A DNA stretch of 64,000 nucleotides from Squalus acanthias (Eukaryota), in contig JASTWF010000760.1 of NCBI GenBank assembly GCA_030390025.1, positions 124,001 to 188,000 on the forward strand, given 5' to 3'. The notes under the pieces are model-generated. The model was not told the origin of the DNA and searched no databases. It worked only from the letters and a program-made list of their open reading frames with translations. This document shows, piece by piece, positions 11,001-22,751 of the stretch. Made by a program: the position numbers and the translations under genes. The stretch's first letter is position 1; each line of letters opens with the position of its first letter.

Positions 11001-12966
11001 CATCTATTTTGTTACGAATGCTACGTGCATTCAGATAGAGAACTTTCAAATATGTTTTGTGACACTTAGTTCCTGCTTTTGTCCTTTTTATTACTTTACC
11101 TTTTACTCCATACCTTCTGCCCCTTCCTGACACACACTCTGGTTTTTAATTTCTCCACTGCTACCTAAGTCTATGACCTTCTCTGTTGTCATTTTTATTA
11201 TTTGCTCTCTAGGAACCTCCCCCCCCCTAGTTAGTTTAAAGCCCTCTCTACAGCCCTAGTTATATGATCCGCCAGGACTCTAGTCCCAGCACTGGCCAAG
11301 TGAAGCCCCTCCCAACGGAACAGCTCCCTCCTGCCCCAGTACTGGTGCCAGTGTCCCAGGAAACAAAACCCATTTCTCCCACACCAGTCTTTGAGCCACT
11401 CATTTAACTCTCTAATTTTATTTGTCCTAGTCAAATTCGCTCGTGGCTCAGGTAATAATCCAGAGATTATTACCCTTGAGGTTCTGTTTTTTAATTTGAC
11501 CCCTAGCTGCTCATACTCCTTTAACAGAACCGGCTTCCTTGTCCTATCTACGTCGTTTGTACCAACATGGACCACGACAACTGGATCCACCCCCTCCCAC
11601 TGCAAGTTTCTTTCCAGCCCAGAGGAGATGTCCTTAACCCTGGCACCGGGCAGGCAACACAGCCTACAGGAATCTCGCTCTCGGCTGCAGAGAACTCTAT
11701 CTATCCCCCTAATAATACTATCCCCTACCACTACAACATTTCTATTTACTCCCCCCTCTTGAATGGCCCCCCGTTCCACGGTGCTGTGGCCAGGTTGCTC
11801 ATCCTCCCTGCAGTCCCTGCTCCCGTCCCCACAGGGAGTAAGAACCTCGAACCTGTTGGACAAGAGCAAGGGCTGCGGCTCCTCCAACACTACCTCCTGG
11901 AACCCCGTACCTGCCTCACTCGTAGTCACACCGTCCTGTCCCTGACCATGGGCTACATCTGAATTAATTAACTTCATAGGTGAGACCACCTCCTGAAACA
12001 CAGAGTCCAGGTACTTCTCCCCCTCCCTGATGTGTCGCAGTGTCTGAAGCTCAGACTCCAGCTCATCAACACGGAGCTGGAGTTCCTGTAGCAGCATACA
12101 CTTGTCACAGATGTAATCACCGTGGGCCTCAATGGGGTCCACTGGCTCCCACATCTTGCAACAGTAACACATCACCTGCTCCATTCTTTGTAATTAATTA
12201 AATTTTTTACTGTTAGTTATGGACACTCTCTGCCCGATTATAGATGCTAGTATCCTCTCTAATCAATTGGATTTAAATTAAATCAATCCCTCTAAATTAC
12301 ACCAGTTAAATGGTTTACCAACAGTCACTCTGCACCAGAAAGGCCATATTAACTACAACCCACAGAGTTTAAGTTTAAAAGAGAGAAATACTCACCAACC
12401 AATTACTTACCTGCTTTCTGGTGACGTCACACCTCGATTATTTTTACCTCTCTCCCTCCTTCCGAGTTCGGAGACTGGTCCCGCCTTACCAGGTCTCTGG
12501 AGCCTTTTAAACCCTCTGCCGCCGCCTCGCCTCACGCAGGTCCGCCGCCGCACCAGGAAGCTGACAAAGATGGAAAAAGGAAGGCACACCTCCCTCCCCG
12601 AACTCCCTCACTCACCAAACTCACAGCTTAGCACTCTGATTCAATCTGCACTCCGTGGCAAACTGCACTCTAGTCTCCCTTATTTATACTGCTGAGATTT
12701 AAATAAGTGAGCTCTCTGGCAGTTACAGAACCAGATTACACCAGTTAATTAATTAATTACTATCACCTGCTCTCCAGCACAGAGCTTGCTTAGCCCTGCC
12801 CAAGCCTGGAAGAAACTTAAAACTTGAAACAGTAAATTTAAATGCTAATTGCAAGCACACAAGACTAGAATTTATAAAAAAATTAAAAGTAAGAGATTGA
12901 CCTTTAAGATTTTCTCCCTCACTCACCAAACTCACAGCTTAGCACTCTGATTCAATCTGCACTCCG
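8007..12966 (-). mobile_element. Near full-length CR1 LINE (ORF1 intact, ORF2 broken)
   Basis: ORF1 11231-12184; APE/RT ORF2 split into 11133-10738, 10738-9596, 9714-9178 and 9150-8239 (FADD motif); (ATGTTCTT)n tail at 8007-8030; 45-bp duplication in the 5' UTR. Confidence 0.92.
11231..12184 (-). CDS. CR1 ORF1p: Cys-rich finger, coiled coil, SGNH-type esterase
   Basis: CYCC...CDKC, LQELQLRVDELESEL, VVGDSI, HVGTND, GLHL motifs. Confidence 0.85.
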   Translation of the reverse strand: MEQVMCYCCKMWEPVDPIEAHGDYICDKCMLLQELQLRVDELESELQTLRHIREGEKYLDSVFQEVVSPMKLINSDVAHGQGQDGVTTSEAGTGFQEVVLEEPQPLLLSNRFEVLTPCGDGSRDCREDEQPGHSTVERGAIQEGGVNRNVVVVGDSIIRGIDRVLCSRERDSCRLCCLPGARVKDISSGLERNLQWEGVDPVVVVHVGTNDVDRTRKPVLLKEYEQLGVKLKNRTSRVIISGLLPEPRANLTRTNKIRELNEWLKDWCGRNGFCFLGHWHQYWGRRELFRWEGLHLASAGTRVLADHITRAVERALN

Positions 12967-13427
12967 ATGTATTTGTGTTTATTTGATCAGAGTATGTTCC
13001 TGGGTCACAGACAGTTTCTGCACAATGAACATATTTCACAAGGTAGTGATTTTACTCTTTAAAACAAGCCCCAAGCACAGAGTTCTCCCAATGTCCATTG
13101 CCCTTCAGAATGACTCTTTACTGCTGGAATGTTTTCCGTCACCATTAACAATCCCTCAGCTTCCGGGTTCCAATAATCAGACAAGAGTTTAATTCCCACC
13201 CACGGATACTAAAAGTGGAACCATTCCCCTATAAGGACACTGACTCAGCTCGGGGTGTTTCTATTCACTGGCAGCCAGCTCACCACCTACCGGTCTCACA
13301 GCACCACTGGGAACACAAGGAAGTGAGGTCAGAGCATCCTGATACACGACAGCAGATTATTGAGGGCGGGGATTAGGACGGGCGTCTTCAAATATCCAAC
13401 CCACCTTTTACAGAACGGACAGCGACA

Positions 13428-13474
13428 ATGCGGCTACTGAGCATCTGGATTGTTCTGGGGGGCATTTCTGACAG
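13428..13474 (+). pseudogene. Orphan TCR V leader exon with a 1-bp frameshift
   Basis: Removing one G from a G6 run gives MRLLSIWIVLGAFLT + G|GTAATT, a phase-1 leader. Confidence 0.6.
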
Positions 13475-13524
13475 GTAATTGTGGAGCAAACACATTACTT
13501 CATTTCTTTAATCTCCAAAAACTG

Positions 13525-13868
13525 AATTGGAGGCGCACAGAGATCTCGGAGGGTTGTGGGGCTGGAGGCAGTTACAGAAATAGAGAGGGGCGAGGCCTTG
13601 GAGTGGGATTTGTATACACGGATGAGAAAATTGAAATCGATGCGTTGCCTTACCGGGAGCCAAAGAAGGTCAGCGAGCACAGGCGTGATGGGCGAACGGG
13701 ACTCGGAGCGAGTTACGATACGGGCACTGGAGTTTTGAATGAGCTCATGTTTACGGGTGGTGTAAGGTGGGAGGCCGGCCAGTCGAGCATTGGAATAGTC
13801 GAGTCCAGAGTTAACAAAGGCAGAGATGAGGGTTTCAGCGGAAGGTGAGCTGCGGTAGAGGCGGAGTT
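13525..13868 (-). mobile_element. L2-like LINE 3' fragment
   Basis: LADLLWLPVRQRIDF..L...YKS resembles the L2 C-terminal LHWLPV motif. Confidence 0.65.
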
Positions 13869-14053
13869 AAAATGCTGTTACCCAATTAATGCATTCGGTC
13901 CATTTAACCAGGAATAGAATTGCACGAGATAGTCCCTCACCTTCTGTTATACCTTCCAGTCGAACAGTTATTCACTTTATTCAGTATAACAGATTGCTAC
14001 AGGAAATAGAACTGCTGTTACAAGGGGTTGTTTGTGAAGATATAATAGAGCCC

Positions 14054-14494
14054 ATGACGTACCGCAACCTCGTTATATTGTGCCTGATGTTCGGTAAGTA
14101 TGACCATGCGTTGTGTCTGTGCACCAATGTGAGGTTAATAGATTTTCTATCTCAGTATTGTATTCAACCCTCAGTTAACTTTTATTTCAGGGGAGATTCG
14201 GGCAGATTCGGTGTCACAACCTCAGACCGCGCTCTATGTCACTGAAGGAGATGTTGTGAAAATAAACTGTAGCTACACAGCAAGCCACGGTAACCCCGAT
14301 CTGTACTGGTACCAGCAGTACACGAACCAGGCTCCGCGATTTATTTTGTACCGGGATAAAAACAGCAAAGACGAGGCGGATTTTGCCAAGGGAAGATTCA
14401 AGGCCGGCCAGACCAACGCAGAAAAGAAGTTTCCTTTAACGATCACGCGAGCGGAAATCCAGGACACCGCCGTATATTTCTGCGGGCTGAGAAT
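14054..14494 (+). CDS. TRAV: TCR alpha/delta V segment V5 (leader 14054-14093, V exon 14191-14494)
   Basis: Leader MTYRNLVILCLMF + G|GTAAGT; acceptor tttcag|GG; ADSVSQ...INC...WYQQ...DTAVYFCGLR. Confidence 0.93.
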
Positions 14495-14533
14495 CACATT
14501 GTTTTAAAACTCATCTGTCGCTGTACAAAAACC
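14495..14533 (+). other. 23-RSS of V5
   Basis: CACATTG, 23-bp spacer, ACAAAAACC. Confidence 0.9.
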
Positions 14534-14591
14534 TCAGTGAAATAAAACTGCCGCAGACAGTGCCTCCAGTTCAAGGGAACATATCAGCAAG

Positions 14592-14705
14592 TGTCAGCCG
14601 TGGCTGAGTGAGTAAGGTTTTTGCCTCTGAGTCACAAGGTTGTTGGGTTTAATTCCAACTCCAGACAATTGAGCCCATAATCCAGGCTAACAATCTCGGT
14701 ACCAG
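14592..14705 (+). mobile_element. SacSINE1-like SINE head fragment
   Basis: tgtcagccgtggctgag...gcctctgagtcacaaggttg matches the tRNA-like head of the copy at 58578. Confidence 0.6.
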
Positions 14706-14929
14706 TACCGATCCTACTTCACTATTTTGCTGGTACCAATTTATCTTGAGTGATTAGCCGATACAAACATTTTTCTCGGGTGGTGTAGGACCCCCTTAAG
14801 AGACCTTGGCTGACACCCCGGAGTCACAGCCCTGAGTCAGAGGTCACAGGCTGCACCAACTGGGGCTCTTTCGCGCTGAGCGGAGGCTGGAAGAGGCGCG
14901 TGAAGCCCTGACCCTGAATCAATGGGAGA

Positions 14930-15215
14930 AACAGCCAATCACGGTGCTGTGACGTGCGGAAAAGGTTGTGGCGTCATCCACTGCAGGGCAAACCGGCGGC
15001 CACCTCTGTGTGACGTACAGTTGGCCATGTTTGTGTGACGGAATACGTTGCTCAAGTCTGCCGTTTATTTACAAAAAAAACCTCGATTAAAAGGATAAGT
15101 GACTTCAGTTTGCACCAAATAATCGCCCCATCTTAATCCATAAAAGTGAGAGTTTGGCGCGCGAGAGACTTATAAAGTTGTCGTTAAAACGGTTGGTGAC
15201 GTGCGCATGTGCGAA
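14930..15215. promoter_or_regulatory. CRE/CCAAT motif cluster (promoter- or enhancer-like)
   Basis: agccaatcac, several TGACG half-sites and a gcgcatgtgc motif. Confidence 0.4.
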
Positions 15216-15911
15216 AAGTTCTCTCAGTGTGACAGATGGGGGCTTCTCTCTGCCTTTGTGAATTGTGGGACCCGCAGCCCTCCATGGCCCAGTCATTAAC
15301 CGAGTGAATTCGGCAAAAGATACATTTCTATGGTGAGAAAAACAATTCTTTACACAGAAGGCGGTGAAAATGTGGAATGAATACATGAATTATTTTAATA
15401 GAGAAATTGGATAGGAGTCTCAAAAGACGAACATTAAATGGTGTGAGGAGCGAGAGGAAAGTGCAGACATGATGGGCTTAATCACTTCCAGAAACTCACC
15501 GAGCCCGGAGTCAGCGGGAGACAGGGAACAGGACAGAGAGACGGGTATGTGATTAGAGCAGATCGCGGCCCCCGGTTAGAGTGGTGAGGTGGTGAGGGTG
15601 TTGGGGGAGACGGATTGAGGCAGACACAGAGTTTAAACACCAGCTCCACCCATTCCCAAACTTCCTCCCACACCCTTCAGAAGGGTCGTTATTACTTCCC
15701 CCGTTTAACCAGATGTGCTATTCCACCACATGCCTGAACTCCAGAAGTTTAGATGAAAAGCAGCGCAGCACCTGAAGGAAAATGCCGGAAGAAACTCGGG
15801 GCTGATCAGAAACATCTGGATATGTTCCCATGGCCGGGAGGCTCCGAAATAATCCGATGCGACGGCGGATAACTTCTGAGAGTCAGGGAGGTTAAGTGAG
15901 TTATGGCCTGG

Positions 15912-16849
15912 CGTAATATAAATAGAGACATTATCCAGTGCAGTAATAACTGAGACAGTGTCTAGTGTAATATAAACAGAGACAGGGCTTAGTGTAATAT
16001 AAGCAGAGACAGGGTCTAGTGTAATATAAACAGAGACAGGGTCTAGTGTAATATAAACAGAGACAGGGTCTAGTGTAATATAAACAGAGACATGGTCGAG
16101 TGCAGTAATTACAGAGATAGGGTCTATATTAATATAAACAGAGAAAGTGTCTAGTGTAATATAAACAGAGATAGGGTCTAGTGTAATCTAAACAGAGACA
16201 GGGTCTAAAGTAATATAACCAGAGACAGGGTCTAGTGTAATATAAACAGAGACAGGGCCTAGTGTAATATAAACAGAGACAGGAGCAAGTGTAATATAAC
16301 CAGAGACAGGTTCTAGTGTAATATAAACAGAGACAGGGTCTAGTCTAATATAAACAGAGACAGGGCCTAGTGTGATATAAACAGAGATAGGGCCTAGTGT
16401 AATATAAATAGAGACAGGGTCTAGTGTAGTAATAACTGATACAGGGTTTAGTGTAATATAAACAGAGACAGGATCTAGTGTAATATAAACAGAGACAGGG
16501 TCCAGTGTAATATAAACAGAGACAGGGTGCAGTGCAGCAATAAGTGAAACACGGTCTGGATAATATAAACAGAGACACGGTCTAGTGCAGTAATAACTGA
16601 GACAGGGTCTAGTGTAATATAAACAGAGCCGCGGCCTAGTGCAGTAATAAATGAGACAACGCCCAGTGTTATATACACGGACACAGTATCCAGTGCACTT
16701 ATAACTGAGACAGGGCCTAGTTTAATATAAAGAGACATGCGTTGGTGCATTAATAATTGAGACAGGGCCTAGTGTAACACAAACGGAGACCGCGTCTAGT
16801 GCAATAATAACTGAGACCGGGGCCGAGTGTAATATAAACAGAGACAGGA
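15912..16849. repeat. 27-bp minisatellite, ~35 copies
   Basis: Unit gtgtaatataaacagagacagggtcta. Confidence 0.93.
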
Positions 16850-19800
16850 CCAGGAGTAGGCCATTCGGCCCTTCGAGCCTGCTCCGTCATTCAATGAGAT
16901 TATTGCTGATCTTCTGCCTCAACTCCATTCACCGGCCCTATCGCCATATCCCTTGATGCCCTTACTCGTCAGAAATCCATCGACTTCCGTTTTGAATATA
17001 CCCAATGACTGAACTTCCACAGCCCTCTGGGGTAGAGAAATCCAAAGATTTACCACCCTCTTTTTGAAGAAATTTCTTCTCATCTCAGTCCTGAATGGCC
17101 TACCTTTTGTTTTGAGGCTGTGGCCCCTGGTTCTAGACTCCCTAGCCAAGGGAAACATTCTCCCAGCATCCATCCTATCAAGCCCTGTAATAATTTTGTA
17201 TGCTTCAATGAGATCCCCTCTCATTCTTCTGAATTCAAGAGAATACAGGCCGAGTTTACTCAATCTCTTCTCATACGACAGTCCCGCCATCCCAGGAATC
17301 AATCTCGTGAATCTTCATTGCACTCCCTCTATGGCAAGTATATCCTTCCTTTGGTAAGGAGACCAAAATTGTACACAGTACTCCAAGTGTGGTCTCACCA
17401 AGGCCCTATATAATTGGAGTAAGACTTCTTTACTCCTATACTCAAATCCTCTTGTAATGAAGGCCAGCATACCATTTGCCTTCCTAATGGCTTGATGCAC
17501 CTGCACATTCACTTTCAGTGACTCATATACAAGGACACCCAGGTCCCTTTGAGCATCTGCATTCCCCAATCTTTCACCATTTAGGAAATACCCTGCCTTT
17601 CTGTTTTTTCTACCGAAGTGGATAACATCACATTTATCCACATTACATTCCAGCTGCAATGTTCTCGCCCACTCACTTAGCCTGTCGAGATCCTCTTGAA
17701 GCCTCTTCACATCGTCTTCGCAACTGACACTGCCACATAGCTTTGTATCATCAGCAAATTTGGAAATGTTACATTTAGTCCCCTCATCCAAATCATTGAG
17801 TTAGATTGTGAATAGCTGGGGCCCAAGCACCGATCCTTGCGGTACCCCATTAGTCACAGCCTGCCATCCTGTAAAAGACCCGTTTATCCCAACTCTTTGT
17901 TTTCTGTCTGTTAACCAATTCTCAATCCATGCTTGTATATTACCCCCAATTACATTTGCCCTAATTTTGTTCACCAACCTCTTGTGTGGGACCTTATTGA
18001 AGTCCTTCTGAAAATCCAGATACACCACATCTACTGGTTCCCCTTTGTCTACTCCACTAGTTACATCCTCAAAGAACTCCAATAGGTTTGTCAAACAGGA
18101 TTTCCCTTTCATAAATCCATGTTGACTCTGCCCAATCTTACTATTAGTTTCTAAGTACCCAGTTATTGCAGCCTTTATAATAGATCTCAGCATTTTCCCA
18201 ACTACTGATGTGAGGCTAACAGGTCTGTAGTTCCCCGTTTTCTCTCTCCCTCCTTTCTTAAATAGCGGGTTTACATTTGCTATCCTCCAATCTGCAGGAC
18301 CCGTTCCAGAATCTACAGAATGTTGGAAGATGACAACCAATGCGTCCACTATTCCAATGGCCACCTCTTTCAAAACCCTAGGATGTAGGTCATCCGGTCG
18401 TTGTGATTTATCGACTTTTAGTCCAATTAATTTTACTAGTACTGTTTTCTTACTAATAATAATTTCTTTAAGTTCCTCTTTCTCGTTACACCCTTGGCTT
18501 TCTCGTATTTCTGGGAAGTTTTTTGTGTCTTCCTCCGTGAAGAGAGAAACAAAGTATTTATTTAATTTCTAACCCATTTCCTCATTCCCCATTATAAATT
18601 CTCCCGTCTCTGACTGCAAAGGACCTACACTTTTCTTCGCCAGTCTTTTCCTTTTCACATACCAATAGAAACTTTTACAATCCGCTTTTAAATTTTTTGC
18701 TAATTTGTGCTCAGATTCCATTTCCCCTTTCTTTATCAATTTCTTGGTCCCCCTTTGCTGATTTCTAAAAAGATCACAATCCTCAGGCTGACCGCTTTTT
18801 CTGGCAACTTTATAAGCTTCCTCCTTTGACATAATACTAGCTTTAATTTCTTTTGTTAGCTGTGGTTGGATCACTTTTCCTTTTGGTTTTTTATGCCCTA
18901 GAGGAATATATCTTTGTTGCAAATTATGCATTATTTCCTTGAATGTTAGCCATTGTATGTCCACCTTCATACCTTTTAGTGTAATCTCCCAATCTACCAT
19001 GGCCAACTTGTCCCTCATGCCCTTGTAGTTTCCTCTGTTTAGATAGAAGATCTTAGTTTTAGATTGAACTACATCACTCTCAAGCTTCATGCAAAATTCA
19101 ATCATATTATGGCCACTTGTCCCTAAAGGCCCCTTTACAACAAGATTATTGATTAGCCGTTTCTCCTTACACAGTACCAGAAACAGAATAACCTGTTCGC
19201 TGGTTGGTTCCTCCACATACTGATCCAGGAAACCATCTCGCATGCATTCCAAGAATTTGTCCTCCACACCATTAGTGGTAATTTGATTTGCCCAGTCAAT
19301 ATGTTGATTAAAGTCCCCCATGATTACCGTATTGCCCTTGTTACATGCACTTCTAATTTCTTGATTGATACTGTGCCCTACATTACCACTACTGTTTGGT
19401 GGCCTATACACAACTCCCATCAATGTTTTCTGCCCTTTGCTGTTTCTTAGCTCCACCCAAACTGATTCCAGTTCTACATCACGATCTGCCAAGCCAAGAT
19501 CTTTTATCTCTACCGTACCGATCTCATCCCTTATTAACAGCGCTACGCCACCTCCTTTTCCTTTCTGTCTGTCCTTCCAAAATGTTGAGTACCCTGGAAC
19601 ATTCAGTTCCCAGCTTTGGTTACCCTGCAACCATGTCTCTGTAATGGCAATTACATCATACCCATTTACTACTATTAGTGCCATTAATTCATCCAACTTG
19701 TTGCGAATGCTACGTGCATTTAGATAAAGTGCCTTCGACTTTGCCTGTTTAATATTTTTCTGCACTTTGACCCTCTTTACTGTTGGCCTTTGTTTCTGCT

Positions 19801-19935
19801 CCCTACTAGTTTTGCTGACTACTTTTCTAACTTGCACTTCCAGCTTTGTTTCTCTCTGTTCTGGGCCCACACTTAGGTTCCCAGCCCCCTGACAAACTAG
19901 TTTAAATCCTTCCCAACAGCACTAGCAAACCCCAC
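16850..19935 (-). mobile_element. 5'-truncated CR1 LINE (end of ORF1 plus broken ORF2)
   Basis: APE ORF 18569-19870; RT pieces 17801-18373, 17315-17791 and 16919-17302. Confidence 0.9.
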
Positions 19936-19954
19936 TTTGTGGTTTCTTAATCGG

Positions 19955-20400
19955 CCCCACCCCTCCTCTTACTACCTGTTTATTATTTATATGTCTATAG
20001 AAGACTTTTGAATTCCCTTTTATGTTAGCTGCCAATCTATTCTCATACTCTCTCTTTGCCCCTCTTATTTTCTTTTTCACTTCCTCTCTGAACTTTCTGT
20101 ATTCAGCCAGATTCTCACTTATATTCTCAACCTGACATCTGTCATAGACGCTCTTTTTCTGCTCCCATCTTACTCTCTATCTCTTTTGTCATCCAGGGAG
20201 CTCTGGCTTCAGTTGCCCTACCTTTCCCCCGCGTGGGAATGTACCTCAACTGTGCCTGAACCATCTCCTCTTTAAAGGCAGCCCATTGTTCGATTACAGT
20301 TTTGCCTGCCAATCTTTGATTCCAATTTACCCGGGCCAGATCCATTCTCAACCCACTGAAATTTGCCTTCCTCCAAGTAAGTATTTTTACTGTAGATTGC
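19955..20400 (-). mobile_element. CR1 ORF2 internal fragment
   Basis: WRKANFSGLRMDLARVNW...PWMTKEI. Confidence 0.7.
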
Positions 20401-20545
20401 TCCAGAATTGCGAGAATTTTAAACTCCAGCCCAGATATACCGGTTATTAACACCAGCAGAAACAAACCCCAACTGTCAGAATGAACATGGTTCAGTCCTG
20501 GATATGATTAACAGCAGCAACAACTGCAGAATCCAACCCCTGCAG

Positions 20546-21331
20546 TTATATGTGAACTCGCTGGTGTGTCAGCAGGTGGGATGACCGAGTGAATCCCTTC
20601 CCACACACGGAGCAGGTGAACGGTCTCTCCCCAGTGTGAACTCCCTGGTGTCTCAGCAGGTTGGATGACTGAGTGAATCCCTTCCCACACACGGAGCAGG
20701 TGAACGGGCTCTCCCCAGTGTGAACTCGCTGGTGTCTCAGCAGGTGGGATGACCGAGTGAGTCCTTTCCCACACACGGAGCAGGTGAACAGCCTCTCCCC
20801 AGTGTGAACTCGCTGGTGTGTCAGCAGGTTGGATGAACAAGTGAATCCCTTCCCACACACGGAGCAGGTGAATGGCCTCTCCCCAGTGTGAACTCGCTGG
20901 TGTTCCATGAGGTTGGATGAATTAGCGAATCCCTTCCCACACACGGAGCAGGTGAACGGCCTCTCCCCAGTGTGAACTCGCTGGTGTTCCATGAGGTGGG
21001 ATGACTGCGTGAACCTCTTCCCGCAATGAGAGCAACTGAACGGTCTCTCGTCAGTGTGAACTTGCTGATGTTTCAGGAGGATGGAGGAGAGAGTGAATCC
21101 CTTCCCACATAGGGAGCAAATAAATGGCCTCTCCCCAGTGTGAGCGCGCCGATGAGTTTCCAGCTCGGACGGGTAACTGAATCCCTTCCCACAGTCCCCA
21201 CATTTCCAGGGTTGCTCCCCGGTGTGACTGTACTTGTGTCTCGACAGGCTAGATGATCGGCTGAAGCCTCGTCCACACACCGAACAGGTGGACGGTTTCT
21301 CCACACTGTGAACTGCACTTTTTGCTTCCAT
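20546..21331 (-). CDS. C2H2 zinc-finger gene ZNF-A, 9 fingers
   Basis: MEAKS start; tandem C-x2-C...H-x3-H fingers with TGE[KR]P linkers; splice acceptor at ~21441; no KRAB seen. Confidence 0.88.
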   Translation of the reverse strand: MEAKSAVHSVEKPSTCSVCGRGFSRSSSLSRHKYSHTGEQPWKCGDCGKGFSYPSELETHRRAHTGERPFICSLCGKGFTLSSILLKHQQVHTDERPFSCSHCGKRFTQSSHLMEHQRVHTGERPFTCSVCGKGFANSSNLMEHQRVHTGERPFTCSVCGKGFTCSSNLLTHQRVHTGERLFTCSVCGKGLTRSSHLLRHQRVHTGESPFTCSVCGKGFTQSSNLLRHQGVHTGERPFTCSVCGKGFTRSSHLLTHQRVHI

Positions 21332-22751
21332 GTTCAAAGGCCGGTGATATTCAGGTCCTGATGATTCGAGTGACTCTGTCAGATCTTGATGTGATGTTTG
21401 GTTTGATCTTCCTGTCTACAAATCCTCCCCTTCTCATACTCTGTAAAATGAATTTAAACAGGAAAAAGGGAGCGTGAGAGAGAACCCACAAAAACACAAA
21501 GGCAGGTTGTGAAATCTAGCTCAATAAATTTGGTCACTTGTTGGACCGGCAGCAGAAAAAAGTGACCATGAAAGCGGCCGGATTGTCATAAAAACCCAAC
21601 TGGTTCACGAATGTCCCTCAGGGAAGGAAACGCACCACCCAGTCTGGGCCTTCGCAAGACTCTGGCCTCAATGGGAGGAGAGAGAGGTGGGAGGGGGCAT
21701 GGTGAAGGAGAGGGACTTTATTCATCTGCAACTCAACCAGAACTTTGACAGAACCTCACAAACCCAGAACCTCCACCACCTTGAAGGACAAGGTGCAGGG
21801 GAACACCATCACCTCCAAGTTCCCCAAGTCACACACCATCCTGACTTGGACATATATCACCGTTCCTTCATCGTCGCTGGGTGAAAATCCTGGAACTCCT
21901 TACCTAACAGCGCTGTGGGAGTACCTTCACCACACGGACTGCAGCGGTTCAAGAAGAAGGCCCACCATCACCTTCTCAACAGGAAACTGGAGATTGGCAA
22001 CATATGCTGGCCTTGCTAGCGACTCCCACACCCCACGAATGAATTCAAAAAAATCTGTATATGTAAAATAAATTAAAAGCCTTTACAGAAATACTTGTTC
22101 CTAAAACAATACTCTTTTACATTGTAGGGACAGTGTCTGTTTAACAACCTAATCTCCCCCAGAATCCACCTCCCTTGACAGTCTCACATTGGAAATTGTT
22201 GGGTCCTCCTGGGCTCAGAAGTACTGGGGGTTAAACCCAGCAGTTTCTCCTCCATCTCCACTCCAGCTCAAACTGAAGCAACAAAAAGACCTACACAGGC
22301 GGCCAGGGACCGACTTCCACATCCAGCGCCCGCCCTGATACAAGCCGGCTCTGGATTGGCGGGTCTGTGTTTCCAGACTCGGTTCTGTGAGCAACGCGCG
22401 CAATAAAACAAAAACAAAATACTGCGGATGCTGGAAATCTGAAATAAAGAGAATATGCTGAAATTCCTCAGCAGGTCAGGCGGCATCTGTGGAGAGAGAA
22501 ACAGAGTTAACGGTTCAGGGCGCTGACCTTCCGTCAGCCTGCAATAAAACTCTTCCCCACAGCCGCTGACTAATGGCGTCCGCAGGACCCACAATTCCCC
22601 GCGCCCCAGAAACCGCTCTATCCAACGGGCTGATTTCCCCGCTGAGAGTGCGCATGCTCCCCGGGGCCGCGGGGTATGCTGGGAGCCTGGCTCCTGTCCT
22701 TTTTCCGGAGTCGGACTCGGTGGAAACGGTTAAAGATGCTACTCCCTCTGC

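Noticed and set aside
418-14533. IgH-like, NAR-TCR or TAILV V segments
   Set aside because: All five end in TCR alpha/delta-type C-[AG]-[LMV]-[RS] with a 23-RSS; no adjacent D/J segments or extra CDR1 Cys were seen. A phylogeny would be needed to separate alpha from delta.
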